Shown: piece after piece, positions 45,660 to 55,049 of the stretch
Layout: each line of letters opens with the position of its first letter
Position numbering within the stretch: position 1 is the first letter of the stretch
NCBI GenBank assembly: GCA_965249675.1
Contig: OZ252250.1
Coordinates: forward strand, 2,823,687-2,887,686
DNA length: 64,000 nucleotides
Origin: Dehalococcoidia bacterium
GTDB lineage: Bacteria; Chloroflexota; Dehalococcoidia; UBA2979
Direction: 5' to 3'
Notes under the pieces: generated by a model
The model's input: the letters and a program-made list of their open reading frames with translations, nothing else
Told to the model about the DNA's origin: nothing
Database searches by the model: none
Made by a program: the position numbers and the translations under genes

Positions 45660-45767
45660 CAAACCTCCCTCGCCACCTTCTGCGCAGTGCTAGGGGATGA
45701 CCAACACGGCCCGTCGATTCGACGAACTCTGTCCAGGAGGCCGTTGCGCGGCCGACCACCGCTCAGG

Positions 45768-45802
45768 TAGGATCTGCGCTGGCCACTAGAACAAGTGAAC
45801 TA
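45768..45802 (+). promoter_or_regulatory. -10 element (TAGGAT) followed by candidate LexA/SOS box
   Basis: TAGAACAAGTGAACTA (45787-45802): 12/14 match to TAGAACA-N2-TGTTCTA. Confidence 0.4.
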
Positions 45803-45828
45803 CTCACCCGCTTGAGCAGCTGGCGTGA

Positions 45829-46245
45829 ATGGGGACGATCGAAATGGAACGCGGCCAATCTCTCCCCTCCGCTGAATGGTCGCCGCGCCGTCGGCTTCTC
45901 TCCATGGATCTGGCCCAAGCGAGTTCAGAGTCGATCGTCGACGCGATCGGCAGGCTGCTCTCGGCAACGAATCTCGGTACCGACGAGCTGGTCGTACTGC
46001 TCGGAAACGCGCTGGTCGTGGAGGCGCTGCGGCCACACTGGGGACCCGGGCGCACCGCTGACGACGCGCACCGGCGGCTTCGTACTGCGGATCCGGAGCT
46101 GGCCGGTGCCGTCGAGGCGCTGGCGCCGATGTTGCTGGGCCGTGCGGTCGCCCGCACTGAAGGGCAGCTGGCCGTCGCCGCGATTCAAGATCTGCTTGGC
46201 CCGGGGCCGGGCTCCCAGCCCGATGTCGCTGGCTCTCGCGGCTAG
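45829..46245 (+). CDS. Hypothetical protein (helical)
   Basis: 138-aa ORF between a promoter and a hairpin; start may be 45829, 45844 or 45904. Confidence 0.6.
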   Translation: MGTIEMERGQSLPSAEWSPRRRLLSMDLAQASSESIVDAIGRLLSATNLGTDELVVLLGNALVVEALRPHWGPGRTADDAHRRLRTADPELAGAVEALAPMLLGRAVARTEGQLAVAAIQDLLGPGPGSQPDVAGSRG

Positions 46246-46246
46246 T

Positions 46247-46269
46247 CGGAGGTGCCGTCGGCACCTCCG
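46247..46269 (+). terminator. Perfect 10-bp hairpin
   Basis: CGGAGGTGCC GTC GGCACCTCCG immediately after stop codon. Confidence 0.6.
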
Positions 46270-46458
46270 CTGAGGACTCCCCCGGTCGGCATCGGCTGGC
46301 GGCGAGCGAAGAGTTCAAGATGCCCGCGGCGGTTCGCCCGGCGGCCGGCCCCGGCCCAGCGCCGCCGGCCAGCCGCGAGAGCCAGCAGATCCGCGCGAGC
46401 GCATATACTGGCTGTCGACGCGGAGCCCCCGGGGGCTGCACAGCGCGAGGGCTGGGCG

Positions 46459-47331
46459 ATGGCGCGATCGATCTGGCGCGGTGTGATCAGCTTCGGGATG
46501 GTCTCGATCCCGGTGCGGTTGTTCACGGCCACCGAGAGCCGGGATGTGCGCTTCCGACAGCTACACGGTGAGACGCGGCGGCCGGTCAAGCAGCTGCGCT
46601 GGAGTCCCGAGCTGGACCGCGAGGTCCAGTATGGCGAGTTGGTGAAGGGCTACGAGTACGCGAAGGAGCAGTACGTCATCCTCGCCGATGAGGACTTCGA
46701 GCAGCTCCCTGTCCCCTCCAAGCACACGATCGATCTGGTCGCCTTCGTCGCCAGCGAGGAGATCGACCCGATCCACTACGAACGCTCCTACTACCTCGAG
46801 CCCGACGAGGCCGGTGGCAAGCCGTTCTCCCTGCTCTTGCGGGCGATGGCGGACAAGGGGCTACTCGCGATCGGGAAGGTGGCCCTGCGCCAGAAGGAAC
46901 ACCTCTGCGCCCTCAGGCCGCGCGGAGACCAGATCCTCCTGGAGACGCTCTACTACCCGGACGAGATCCGGACACCCGAGGGGACCGTCACGCTGGACGG
47001 GATTGAGGTCAGCGTCGCGGAACTCGAGATGGCCCACACGCTGATCGAGATGCTGCGGCGGCCGTTCGACCCGGCCGAGTACACAGACGGCTATCGCGAA
47101 CAGCTGATGGAGATGATCGGCGCTAAGGTCGCAGGTGGTGAGGTCGTCGCCGCTCAGTCCGCCGAGCCGGCAACGGCTTCGGTCGACCTCATGGCGGCAC
47201 TCAAGGCCTCGATCGAGGCGGCCAACGCCCGCCGCGAGCAGGCGGCCGGGCCGGGCGAGCCGGAAGCAACCGCAGATCCCGAGCCGTCGGCAGCCGTCGT
47301 CGAGCACCGGCAGGTCACCGCCCAGCCCTAG
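46459..47331 (+). CDS. ku: NHEJ DNA end-binding protein Ku
   Basis: MARSIWRGVISFGMVSIPVRL, VKGYEY, YYLEP, DLMAALKASI; TATACT upstream. Confidence 0.96.
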   Translation: MARSIWRGVISFGMVSIPVRLFTATESRDVRFRQLHGETRRPVKQLRWSPELDREVQYGELVKGYEYAKEQYVILADEDFEQLPVPSKHTIDLVAFVASEEIDPIHYERSYYLEPDEAGGKPFSLLLRAMADKGLLAIGKVALRQKEHLCALRPRGDQILLETLYYPDEIRTPEGTVTLDGIEVSVAELEMAHTLIEMLRRPFDPAEYTDGYREQLMEMIGAKVAGGEVVAAQSAEPATASVDLMAALKASIEAANARREQAAGPGEPEATADPEPSAAVVEHRQVTAQP

Positions 47332-47376
47332 CCGACCGTCGCCAGACGGATGCCGAACGGAGGGAGCGAGTCGGTC

Positions 47377-50217
47377 ATGGCCGAACGCCCAACCGATCCC
47401 CGTCCCGATCCACTCGATCACCAGCCCCGCTCTCCCGACGTCCCGAACGTCACCGGATCGGCCGGCGCCGAACTCCGCCGCTATCAGGAGATGCGCGACT
47501 TCGAAGAGACACCGGAGCCTGCCGGATTCCGCAACCAGCGGGCCGACCAGGGCGCAAACACCTTCCTCGTGCAGAAGCACCGGGCGACGAGGCTTCACTA
47601 CGACCTGCGGCTCGAGGTCGACGGCGTGCTCAAGTCGTTCCCGGTCCCGCGTGGTCCGTCGACCGACCCGGCCGAACGGCGCCTCGCCGTGATGACCGAG
47701 GACCACCCCTTCGACTACGGCACCTTCGAGGGCGTCATCCCGACCGGTCAGTACGGCGCGGGCGAGGTGATCGTCTGGGACCGCGGCACATACTCCCCGG
47801 ATGAGGGTGGGATCTTCTCCTTCCACGACCGCACGGAGGCGAACGAGCGGATGCGCCGGGGGATCCAAGACGGCAAGCTCTCCTTCCACCTCCGCGGCGA
47901 GAAGATGAAGGGCTCATGGACCCTCGTCCGCACCGCCCGGTCCCCCCAGTCTTGGCTCCTGATCAAGCACCAGGACGAGGCCGCGACCGCGGAGGACGAG
48001 CTGACCGGCCTCGACCGCAGCGTCATCTCAGGTCTCACCATCGCCGATCTCCAGGCCGGGCGGTGGCCGCCCCCCTCCGCGACGCCGGCTACGCTCGTCC
48101 CCGAGGACCTGCCGGGCGCCCGCAGCGGCCGACTGCCCGCCGATCTCATCCCGATGCAGGCGCAGGCGGTTCGCGACCCCTTCTCAGACGACCGCTGGGT
48201 CTTCGAGCCCAAACTGGATGGCATCCGCGCGCTGGCCTGGATGGAGAACGGACGGGTCACGCTGCGCACGAGAAACGGCAACGAGATCGGCCACCAGTAC
48301 CCGAGGATCGCGGCCGCTCTCGGCCGACAGCCGGCGCACCGGCTGGTGCTCGACGGCGAGATCGCCACGCTCGACGACCGCGGACTGCCCTCCTTCGAGC
48401 GGCTGCAGCATCGTCTCCACCTCCAGAACGAGGTCGAGATCGCCGCCGCCGAGCGTACCCTCCCGGCCGTCTATTATGTCTTCGACGTGATCGAGCTCGA
48501 CGGCATCGACCTCTCGCGTGTCCCGCTCGATGAGCGCAAGCTGATGCTCCAGAGGATCCTGCTCCCCTCAGCCGAGATCCAGTACGTCGCTCCCCTCGAT
48601 GCCGACGGTCGTACGGCCTACGAGGCGGCCGCCGCGATCGGCCTCGAGGGAATCGTCGCCAAGCGCCGGGACAGTCCCTACCAGCCGGGACACCGCTCCT
48701 CCGCCTGGCTCAAGATCAAGCCGCGGCTCACGGGAGAGTTCGTGGTCGGGGGCTTCACTCGGGGCGAAGGCGGCCGCGCCAGCACCTTCGGGTCGCTCTC
48801 ACTCGGGCTGCCGGGGGACGGGGGGCTCGTGCCGGTCGGCGGCTGTGGCAGCGGTTTCAGCGAGCTCCAGCTGCGGAACCTGCGCGATCGAATGGCGCCG
48901 CTGATCACGCCCGAGAGCCCCTTTCGATTCCCGCCCGAACGAGCGGCAGAGACCAGCTATGTCCGGCCCGAACTCGTGGTCGAGGTCGAGTACGCCCAGA
49001 TGACATCGGAGGGGAGGCTCCGCTCCCCCGTCTTCGTGCGCCCCCGCGATGACCGAACCGCCGAGTCTCTCGAGCGCAGCCCAACCCAGACGCCAGCATC
49101 GATCCTGGCCGGCACCGGGGCGCCCCGGGCGGGACTGGAGACCGATATCGCCGATGTCGAGCGCCAGCTCGAGGCGGGAGCGTCGCAGTTCACTCTGGAG
49201 GTCGGCGCCGAGCGGCTCGCGCTGACCAATCTCGACAAGGTGATGTGGCCGGAGACCCCGGAGCTCCGCGCCATCACCAAGCGCGACCTCGTGGCCTATT
49301 ATGCCCGGATGGCGCCGTTGTTGCTGCGCCAGCTGCGCGGTCGCCCGCTGACGATGACGCGCTATCCGAACGGCGTCGGGGGCGAGATGTTCTACCAGAA
49401 GCACGTCCCCCAGAGACCGTCCTTCGTCGAGACCGTGCGCGTCTTCTCAGAGTCCGGGCCTGCGGCAGACTACGTCCTCGTCAACAACCTGCCGACCCTG
49501 CTCTGGCTGGCGCAGCTGGCCGATCTGGCGCTCCACACGAGCCTCGCGCGCACGAGCACCTGGCCCGATGGCGAGCACCTCGGCCGAGACTTCCAGACCT
49601 CCCGCGAGACCCTCCTCGCCTCCACCCTCAACTACCCCGACTTCATCCTCTTCGACCTCGACCCCTACATCTACGCCGGCGGGGAGGCCAGGGGCGCCGA
49701 ACCCGAGCTCAACCGCCGCGCCTTCCGCGCGACCGTACAGGTGGCGCGCTGGCTCAAGGAGCTCCTGGACGGCGCCAATCTGCCCGGCTTCATCAAGACG
49801 AGCGGGGCGACCGGTCTCCACATCTATGTGCCGGTGCTCAGGCACTACGACTACGAGGCAGTGCGCGGGCTAGCCGGCACGATCGGTGGCTTCCTGGAGT
49901 CCCAACACCCCGCCGACGTGACGACCCAGTGGCTGAGCGAGCAAAGGCGGGGCAAAGTCTTCTTCGACCAGAACCAGAACGCACGGATCAAGAATCTAGC
50001 GTGCGCCTACTCACCGCGTGACAAGCCCGGTGCGCCGGTCTCAACGCCCCTGCGCTGGAACGAGCTCGACCGGATCTACCCGACCGACTTCCACATCCTG
50101 AACGTCCCCGACCGGGTGGCCGACGAGGGGGATCTGTGGGGCCACCTCCTCCAGGACAAGCACGACCTGGGGGGCCTGCTCGATGCGACCGGGGCCGAGT
50201 CCGGAACAGCCCGCTAG
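47377..50217 (+). CDS. ligD: NHEJ DNA ligase D (phosphoesterase-ligase-polymerase order)
   Basis: QKHRATRLHYDLRLE (PE), EPKLDGIR (ligase motif I), LTNLDKV...RYPNG...FDLDP...KTSG (POL). Confidence 0.96.
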   Translation: MAERPTDPRPDPLDHQPRSPDVPNVTGSAGAELRRYQEMRDFEETPEPAGFRNQRADQGANTFLVQKHRATRLHYDLRLEVDGVLKSFPVPRGPSTDPAERRLAVMTEDHPFDYGTFEGVIPTGQYGAGEVIVWDRGTYSPDEGGIFSFHDRTEANERMRRGIQDGKLSFHLRGEKMKGSWTLVRTARSPQSWLLIKHQDEAATAEDELTGLDRSVISGLTIADLQAGRWPPPSATPATLVPEDLPGARSGRLPADLIPMQAQAVRDPFSDDRWVFEPKLDGIRALAWMENGRVTLRTRNGNEIGHQYPRIAAALGRQPAHRLVLDGEIATLDDRGLPSFERLQHRLHLQNEVEIAAAERTLPAVYYVFDVIELDGIDLSRVPLDERKLMLQRILLPSAEIQYVAPLDADGRTAYEAAAAIGLEGIVAKRRDSPYQPGHRSSAWLKIKPRLTGEFVVGGFTRGEGGRASTFGSLSLGLPGDGGLVPVGGCGSGFSELQLRNLRDRMAPLITPESPFRFPPERAAETSYVRPELVVEVEYAQMTSEGRLRSPVFVRPRDDRTAESLERSPTQTPASILAGTGAPRAGLETDIADVERQLEAGASQFTLEVGAERLALTNLDKVMWPETPELRAITKRDLVAYYARMAPLLLRQLRGRPLTMTRYPNGVGGEMFYQKHVPQRPSFVETVRVFSESGPAADYVLVNNLPTLLWLAQLADLALHTSLARTSTWPDGEHLGRDFQTSRETLLASTLNYPDFILFDLDPYIYAGGEARGAEPELNRRAFRATVQVARWLKELLDGANLPGFIKTSGATGLHIYVPVLRHYDYEAVRGLAGTIGGFLESQHPADVTTQWLSEQRRGKVFFDQNQNARIKNLACAYSPRDKPGAPVSTPLRWNELDRIYPTDFHILNVPDRVADEGDLWGHLLQDKHDLGGLLDATGAESGTAR

Positions 50218-50780
50218 GCCGCCCTCTTCCCGAATAGTTGCGAGAGGCACTGGTCTCTCAAGGGAGACCTTCTGCGCAGACGTCATCGAGGCCGGCAGCG
50301 GCTGCTACCGACGTGCCTCACCAGGGCCGCGAGCGGAGGCGCGATCGGCACCCGATCGTAGCGACCAGGATGGGGTCAGACCCGGTTTCAGGAGCGCACG
50401 GGACTGAGAACGGCTCACGACCTGTGCAGACGAACCTGCCCCGTCATCCTTCGCTGCCATGGCGAGCGCCCAGGGGCGCGGGGACCACGAAGACCAGCTC
50501 GCCGGCCGGCCGACGAGGAACACCGCTCCGATCATCAGGCCTGCCCCATGAGTACCGCCATCACGACGGCAGGGAGCTCGGTCCACGTTGGTGTTGAACA
50601 GCACCCACACTTGGCGTCTACCACCCGATCGTCCCGCAGCCCCCTTACCGCCATCGGGAACCAGCCGAGCAAGCATGGTTCGGTGCTCGCGGAGGCGATC
50701 GGGGAGCCCCGATGGCGATGGCGGCCAACTAGGGTCAGGAACCCTCGGCGCCTCCCGCCCGCTCTGGCCACTGTCGACCT

Positions 50781-51623
50781 TCAATAGCTGCGGTGGCGGG
50801 CAAGCCCGTGAACGACGGCCAGGGCATGTGAGATGGCCTCGACGTCATGGACGCGCAGGACGTGCACGCCCTGCGCGGCAGCGAGCGTATTGAAGGCCAG
50901 GGTCGCCTCCAGCTGACCGGGGGCGTCCTGCCGCTTGGGGTAGCCGAGGAGTTCTGCGAGGAAGCCCTTGCGGGAGGCCGAGATCAGAACCGGGCGCCCA
51001 GCCACCACGAGTTCTGCGAGTCCCCAGAACATCGCAAGGTTGTCAGGCAGCGACTTCCCAAACTCGAAACCGGGGTCGAGCCAGACCTGGCCCGCGCCAG
51101 CCTCCTCCAGCACCTCCGCCCGCTCGATCAGGAAATCGCGCACGCGCGACGCTATGTCGGCGAAGGTCTGGTCGGCCTCGTAGTGACGCCCTGGCTCGCC
51201 GCGCATGTGCATGACGCAGACGGCGAGATGGTGACGGGCCGCGACCGCGACCATCGCCTCCTGCCTGAAGCCGCTCACGTCGTTGAGAAGGTCCACTCCG
51301 GCCCCGGCCGCGGCCTCCGCCACGACGGGGTCCCAGCTGTCCAGCGACACCGGGATCCCCTCGCCCGACAGCGCCTCGATCACCGGGCAGACACGGTCGA
51401 TCTCCTCGCTACTGGCCAGCGCCTGTGCCTTGCTCGATGTCGAGACCGCTCCGACGTCGATGATCGATGCGCCCTGACGGCAGAGCTCGACGGCCCGGTC
51501 GAGCGCGGCCGATGGCGCGACTCGCGACTGGCCGATCGGTGAGTCGCGCGAGACGTTGAGGATGCCCATCACGATCGAGCGGTCGGTGCAGTCGAGGCGG
51601 TGCTGCCCGAGTCGTAGCTCCAT
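50781..51623 (-). CDS. folP: Dihydropteroate synthase
   Basis: MGILNVS.DS, IIDVG, NDVSG, MHMRG, DPGFEFGK, SRKGF, RVHDV. Confidence 0.93.
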   Translation of the reverse strand: MELRLGQHRLDCTDRSIVMGILNVSRDSPIGQSRVAPSAALDRAVELCRQGASIIDVGAVSTSSKAQALASSEEIDRVCPVIEALSGEGIPVSLDSWDPVVAEAAAGAGVDLLNDVSGFRQEAMVAVAARHHLAVCVMHMRGEPGRHYEADQTFADIASRVRDFLIERAEVLEEAGAGQVWLDPGFEFGKSLPDNLAMFWGLAELVVAGRPVLISASRKGFLAELLGYPKRQDAPGQLEATLAFNTLAAAQGVHVLRVHDVEAISHALAVVHGLARHRSY

Positions 51624-52495
51624 CAGCCGTCGCCCAGCAGTTGGGCGAGTTCCTCGCGACGCTCGGACGAGTGATCGAGTCCGAGCCGGAGCAGCTCACG
51701 GGATAGTCCGCGGTAGAGGGCCTCGAGGCCAGGGTCGGTGGAGAGCGCCTCGAGGTGTCCGGCGACCGTCTCGACGTCGCCGCGTGCGACAGGCCCCGTC
51801 AGCGCCTCGACGAGCGGCCGCCCGCTGGCGGCCTCGGCCTGTGCCCGCAGGAGCACCGTGAGAGCCCGCTGCGCCTCCTTGGCAGGCAGCCCGGCCTGTT
51901 CCCAGGCCCGCATCGCCCCGGACAGGACCGCGACGACGAGGTTGCTCGCCAGGACCGCAGCCGCGTGGTACCCGGCGCGCCGGACGCCCTCAAGCCGGAA
52001 GCTATAGCCGCCCAGGGCCTCGGCCAGGGCCTCGAGCAGGGGGCCGAGTGGCGGTTCCCCCTCAACCCCGAAGGCGATACCGGAGAAGCGCGTTCTAGCC
52101 TCGGCCCCCGATTCACCCTGGGGAAAGGTCTGTAGCGGGTGAAGGCAGCCGGCCCGGCCACCGGCCCTCGTCACCTCAGAGAGCGCCCCGGTGTCGATGG
52201 CACCGCTGAGGTGGACGACCGCCTGGCCCGGCCGCCAGGTCAGCTCGCCGGCGAGTGGACCGATGGCACCGTCGGGGACGGCGAGGAAGACCAGATCGCA
52301 GGACGAGACCAGCTCGGGCACCTCTGACGCGACGACGAAGGGCAGCCCGGCAGCCAGCTCCCGGGCAGCCTCGGGGCGTCGGCTCGCCACGCGATCGAGG
52401 GGTCGGCCGGCCGCCAGCAGGGCGTGCGCGAGCGCGCGACCGACCCGGCCGCTCCCGACGACACCCCAGGGCGCGCGACCGAGGTCGCTCGTCAT
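51623..52495 (-). CDS. Rossmann-like + DUF2520 oxidoreductase (PanG-like ketopantoate reductase candidate)
   Basis: GSGRVG, AVPDGAI, HLSG, HPLQTF, YHAAAVLASN, LTGPVARGD. Confidence 0.88.
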   Translation of the reverse strand: MTSDLGRAPWGVVGSGRVGRALAHALLAAGRPLDRVASRRPEAARELAAGLPFVVASEVPELVSSCDLVFLAVPDGAIGPLAGELTWRPGQAVVHLSGAIDTGALSEVTRAGGRAGCLHPLQTFPQGESGAEARTRFSGIAFGVEGEPPLGPLLEALAEALGGYSFRLEGVRRAGYHAAAVLASNLVVAVLSGAMRAWEQAGLPAKEAQRALTVLLRAQAEAASGRPLVEALTGPVARGDVETVAGHLEALSTDPGLEALYRGLSRELLRLGLDHSSERREELAQLLGDG

Positions 52496-52632
52496 GCTGA
52501 GTTTCCTCCCGACCCGGGTGCTCGGGATCGGGAGACCTGCTGGGTCCACTCCTCCTGAGCTCGCACCCTCACCCGCTTCCCCCCGCTGGCGCGCCCTTTG
52601 ATCAGGCCGCCTGTCGGCCCTAGAGTCCACAG

Positions 52633-53760
52633 ATGACTACCAAAGCCGAACAGCAGCTCGCGATCCATGGTGGCGAGCCGATTCGCACTCTCGCTCTCCC
52701 AGAGCGCCCTACCGTCCGAGCGGCCCGAGACCGAGATCCCCGGGCCGCGCTTGAGCGCGAGCTGGCAGGGATACTCGAGATCGATGCCGGCACCGTCCTC
52801 GCCGTCTCAGACTACGACGTTGCCGGCTCGCTCGCTCTCGCGGCACTCGGCATCTCAAGCGGCGAGGTGGTGGTGCCCGCTCTCGGCGCCACGCGCCTCA
52901 CCTCCATGCTCCAGCATCAGGGCCTGAGCCCGATACCGGCCGAGGTCGAGCCGGACACCGCGAACCTCGGCCCGCGGGGCCTCAGGAACGCGATCGGCGA
53001 GCGCACGTGCCTGGTTGCGGCCGGTCACGCCTTCGGTCACCCCCTGGCCCAGACCGACATCGAGCGTGTCATGGAGCCACTGGCGCTCCCGCTCCTCGAG
53101 GACGCCTCGGCCTCGCTCGGCGCCAGCTACCGCGGGCGGCCGACCGGCACCCTGGGCTCTGCGGCGATCTTCGACTTCGGCAGGTCGCACGTCCTCACCG
53201 GCGGTGGCCACGAGGGCTGTCTCCTGGTCGTGCGAGACCCGGGGGCAGCGGCCATGGCGCGAGCGGCACGAGACGACGGCGGCCAGACGGTCGATGAACG
53301 GGCGGCCCGGGTCGCGCTCGCCGAACTCAGGGGAGCCGCTGAAGAGCTCTCGGCGCGGCGCCAGCTGGCCTGGGAGCTGACCTTCAGCCTGAGAGCCCGG
53401 CGGGGCGTCAGCCCGATGGCTCACTCGCGCTGGGTGCGGCATGCCTACGATCGCTACCTCGTGCGCATCCGAGGGCTCCTCTGGAAGCGGTCCCTGGCCG
53501 ACACTGTCTCTGCGCTGCGCGCCGAGGGCATCGACTGCGCCCCCGCCTTCCAGCGCTCGCTCCACAACGACCCGGTGGTGAGCGCCACCCTGGGGGACGC
53601 TGATCCACGATTGGCCCCGAGCGGCTTCCCCGTGGCGACTCGCCTGCCGGGCGAGGCGATCGCGCTGCCGCTCCACCAGGCGATGACCGACCTTGAGATC
53701 CAGGACATCGCGCTGGCGCTGGCGAAACTCGAGGCGGTCAGCACGGGCGCACCGAGCTGA
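52633..53760 (+). CDS. DegT/DnrJ/EryC1/StrS aminotransferase-fold protein lacking the PLP lysine
   Basis: LAIHGGEP, EVVVP, FGHP, EDASASLGA, LRAEGI, LPLH; FDFGRSHVLT where family has FSFxxxKxLT; leaderless TAGAGT-N6-ATG. Confidence 0.8.
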   Translation: MTTKAEQQLAIHGGEPIRTLALPERPTVRAARDRDPRAALERELAGILEIDAGTVLAVSDYDVAGSLALAALGISSGEVVVPALGATRLTSMLQHQGLSPIPAEVEPDTANLGPRGLRNAIGERTCLVAAGHAFGHPLAQTDIERVMEPLALPLLEDASASLGASYRGRPTGTLGSAAIFDFGRSHVLTGGGHEGCLLVVRDPGAAAMARAARDDGGQTVDERAARVALAELRGAAEELSARRQLAWELTFSLRARRGVSPMAHSRWVRHAYDRYLVRIRGLLWKRSLADTVSALRAEGIDCAPAFQRSLHNDPVVSATLGDADPRLAPSGFPVATRLPGEAIALPLHQAMTDLEIQDIALALAKLEAVSTGAPS

Positions 53761-53785
53761 GCGAGCGGCGGCAAGGGAGGCCAGC

Positions 53786-54586
53786 GTGAGCGCAGCGGAG
53801 CCGGGAGTCGGTCCCGGAGGGGCGCTGGTCGCCTTAGACTTCACAGGTAGTGAGCTGAGGCTCTTGCTCGCCACGCCCGACCAGCAGCCGATCGCGAGCG
53901 AGCGCTGGCTCCTGCCGGAGCTGGAAGACGAGGAGGCTTGGTCCTGGGAGATCGGAGGGAGACTCGCTACGCTCTTCGCCGGACGAGATGACGCCTCCTT
54001 CGCGCTCGGCATTGCCATCGCTTGCCCGGGGCTGGTCGATCCAGTCCGTGGCGTCCTGACAGAGAGCCGTGGGCAGGCCGGCTGGGACGAGCTGCACATC
54101 GTCGATGCCGTCCGCCGCCATATCGACCGGCCCGTCGTCGCCGTTGATCGCGTTCAGGCGGCGCTACGCGGTGAGGCGACGGCGGGCGACGCCTGGGGCC
54201 AGAACGACGTCCTCTACCTCTCGGCGCGAGACGGGGAGACGACGGCGGCCGTCCTAGCGGCCGGTCGCGCCGTCACGGGCGCGCACCACCGCCCCGGGCT
54301 GGTCCCCGAGTCGTGGGGGCCCGATGGGCTCGATTCGGGATTCGTGGCCGACTGGATCGCCGGGGCAGCGGCCCTGCTCGATTCGGCAGTGGTCGTCCTG
54401 GACGCCGCCCCCGACGATGCGCAGCAGCTCTTAGAACTGACCACAGAGGCGCTCGTCCAGAGCGGTGCGGCGGCGGCCGTTCTGGTCTCCAAGCTGGGTG
54501 AGCGCGCGCCGCTCCTCGGCGCGCTTTCGCTGGCCCGGGTCGCCGCCTACGAGGCCGCGGACGGGAGCGGCGTGGAGGACTCATGA
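53786..54586 (+). CDS. ROK-fold protein with degenerate catalytic and sugar-binding motifs
   Basis: ALDFTGS, GIAIACPGLVD, AALRGE, SKLGERAPLLGA; lacks ND, GxGxG, ExGH and Cys-Zn motifs. Confidence 0.75.
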   Translation: MSAAEPGVGPGGALVALDFTGSELRLLLATPDQQPIASERWLLPELEDEEAWSWEIGGRLATLFAGRDDASFALGIAIACPGLVDPVRGVLTESRGQAGWDELHIVDAVRRHIDRPVVAVDRVQAALRGEATAGDAWGQNDVLYLSARDGETTAAVLAAGRAVTGAHHRPGLVPESWGPDGLDSGFVADWIAGAAALLDSAVVVLDAAPDDAQQLLELTTEALVQSGAAAAVLVSKLGERAPLLGALSLARVAAYEAADGSGVEDS

Positions 54587-54978
54587 CGAGCACAGGTGGC
54601 CGCCCGGCCCACGCCGTCCTCTCCCTCGATGAGAGCGAGGTCGGCACCCTGCTCGGAACCCTTGCCTGGGTGATGGGCGCACTCGAGATCATGTCGGACC
54701 GTGCCGAGGCGGTCGACGAGCCCGAGCTGGGCCAGCTCCGGGATCGCCTGATGCCCCGGCTCGAGGCGCTCCTCGAGTCCCTGACGCGGGCGAGGCGTCG
54801 CTCCCCGTTCTCTCCGGCCGGTCAGATGGAACCTGCCGTGGAGGCCGCCTACGCTTCCGTCCGCCAGGGGTTCCAGGCCTGGATCGAGCTCACGGCCTTG
54901 GAGACGGCGCAGGCGGCGGCTGCGGTCCGTCAGGGCGGGAGCGAGAAGCAGGCGACAGACCCCGCAGACGGCGCATAG
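54583..54978 (+). CDS. Hypothetical helical protein, coupled to ROK-like gene
   Basis: ATGA overlap with upstream stop; GGAGG RBS. Confidence 0.7.
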   Translation: MTSTGGRPAHAVLSLDESEVGTLLGTLAWVMGALEIMSDRAEAVDEPELGQLRDRLMPRLEALLESLTRARRRSPFSPAGQMEPAVEAAYASVRQGFQAWIELTALETAQAAAAVRQGGSEKQATDPADGA

Positions 54979-55049
54979 CCAGCCGACGCCCCGCAGCCGC
55001 GGGGCCCGGCTAGCGGGCGTGCCGTGGACTGAGGGCTTCGGGAGCCGGC

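Noticed and set aside
50218-50780. 560-bp gap between ligD and folP with short ORFs and a small hairpin
   Set aside because: No ORF with convincing codon bias, RBS or motif; possibly decayed sequence, and BLASTX is needed
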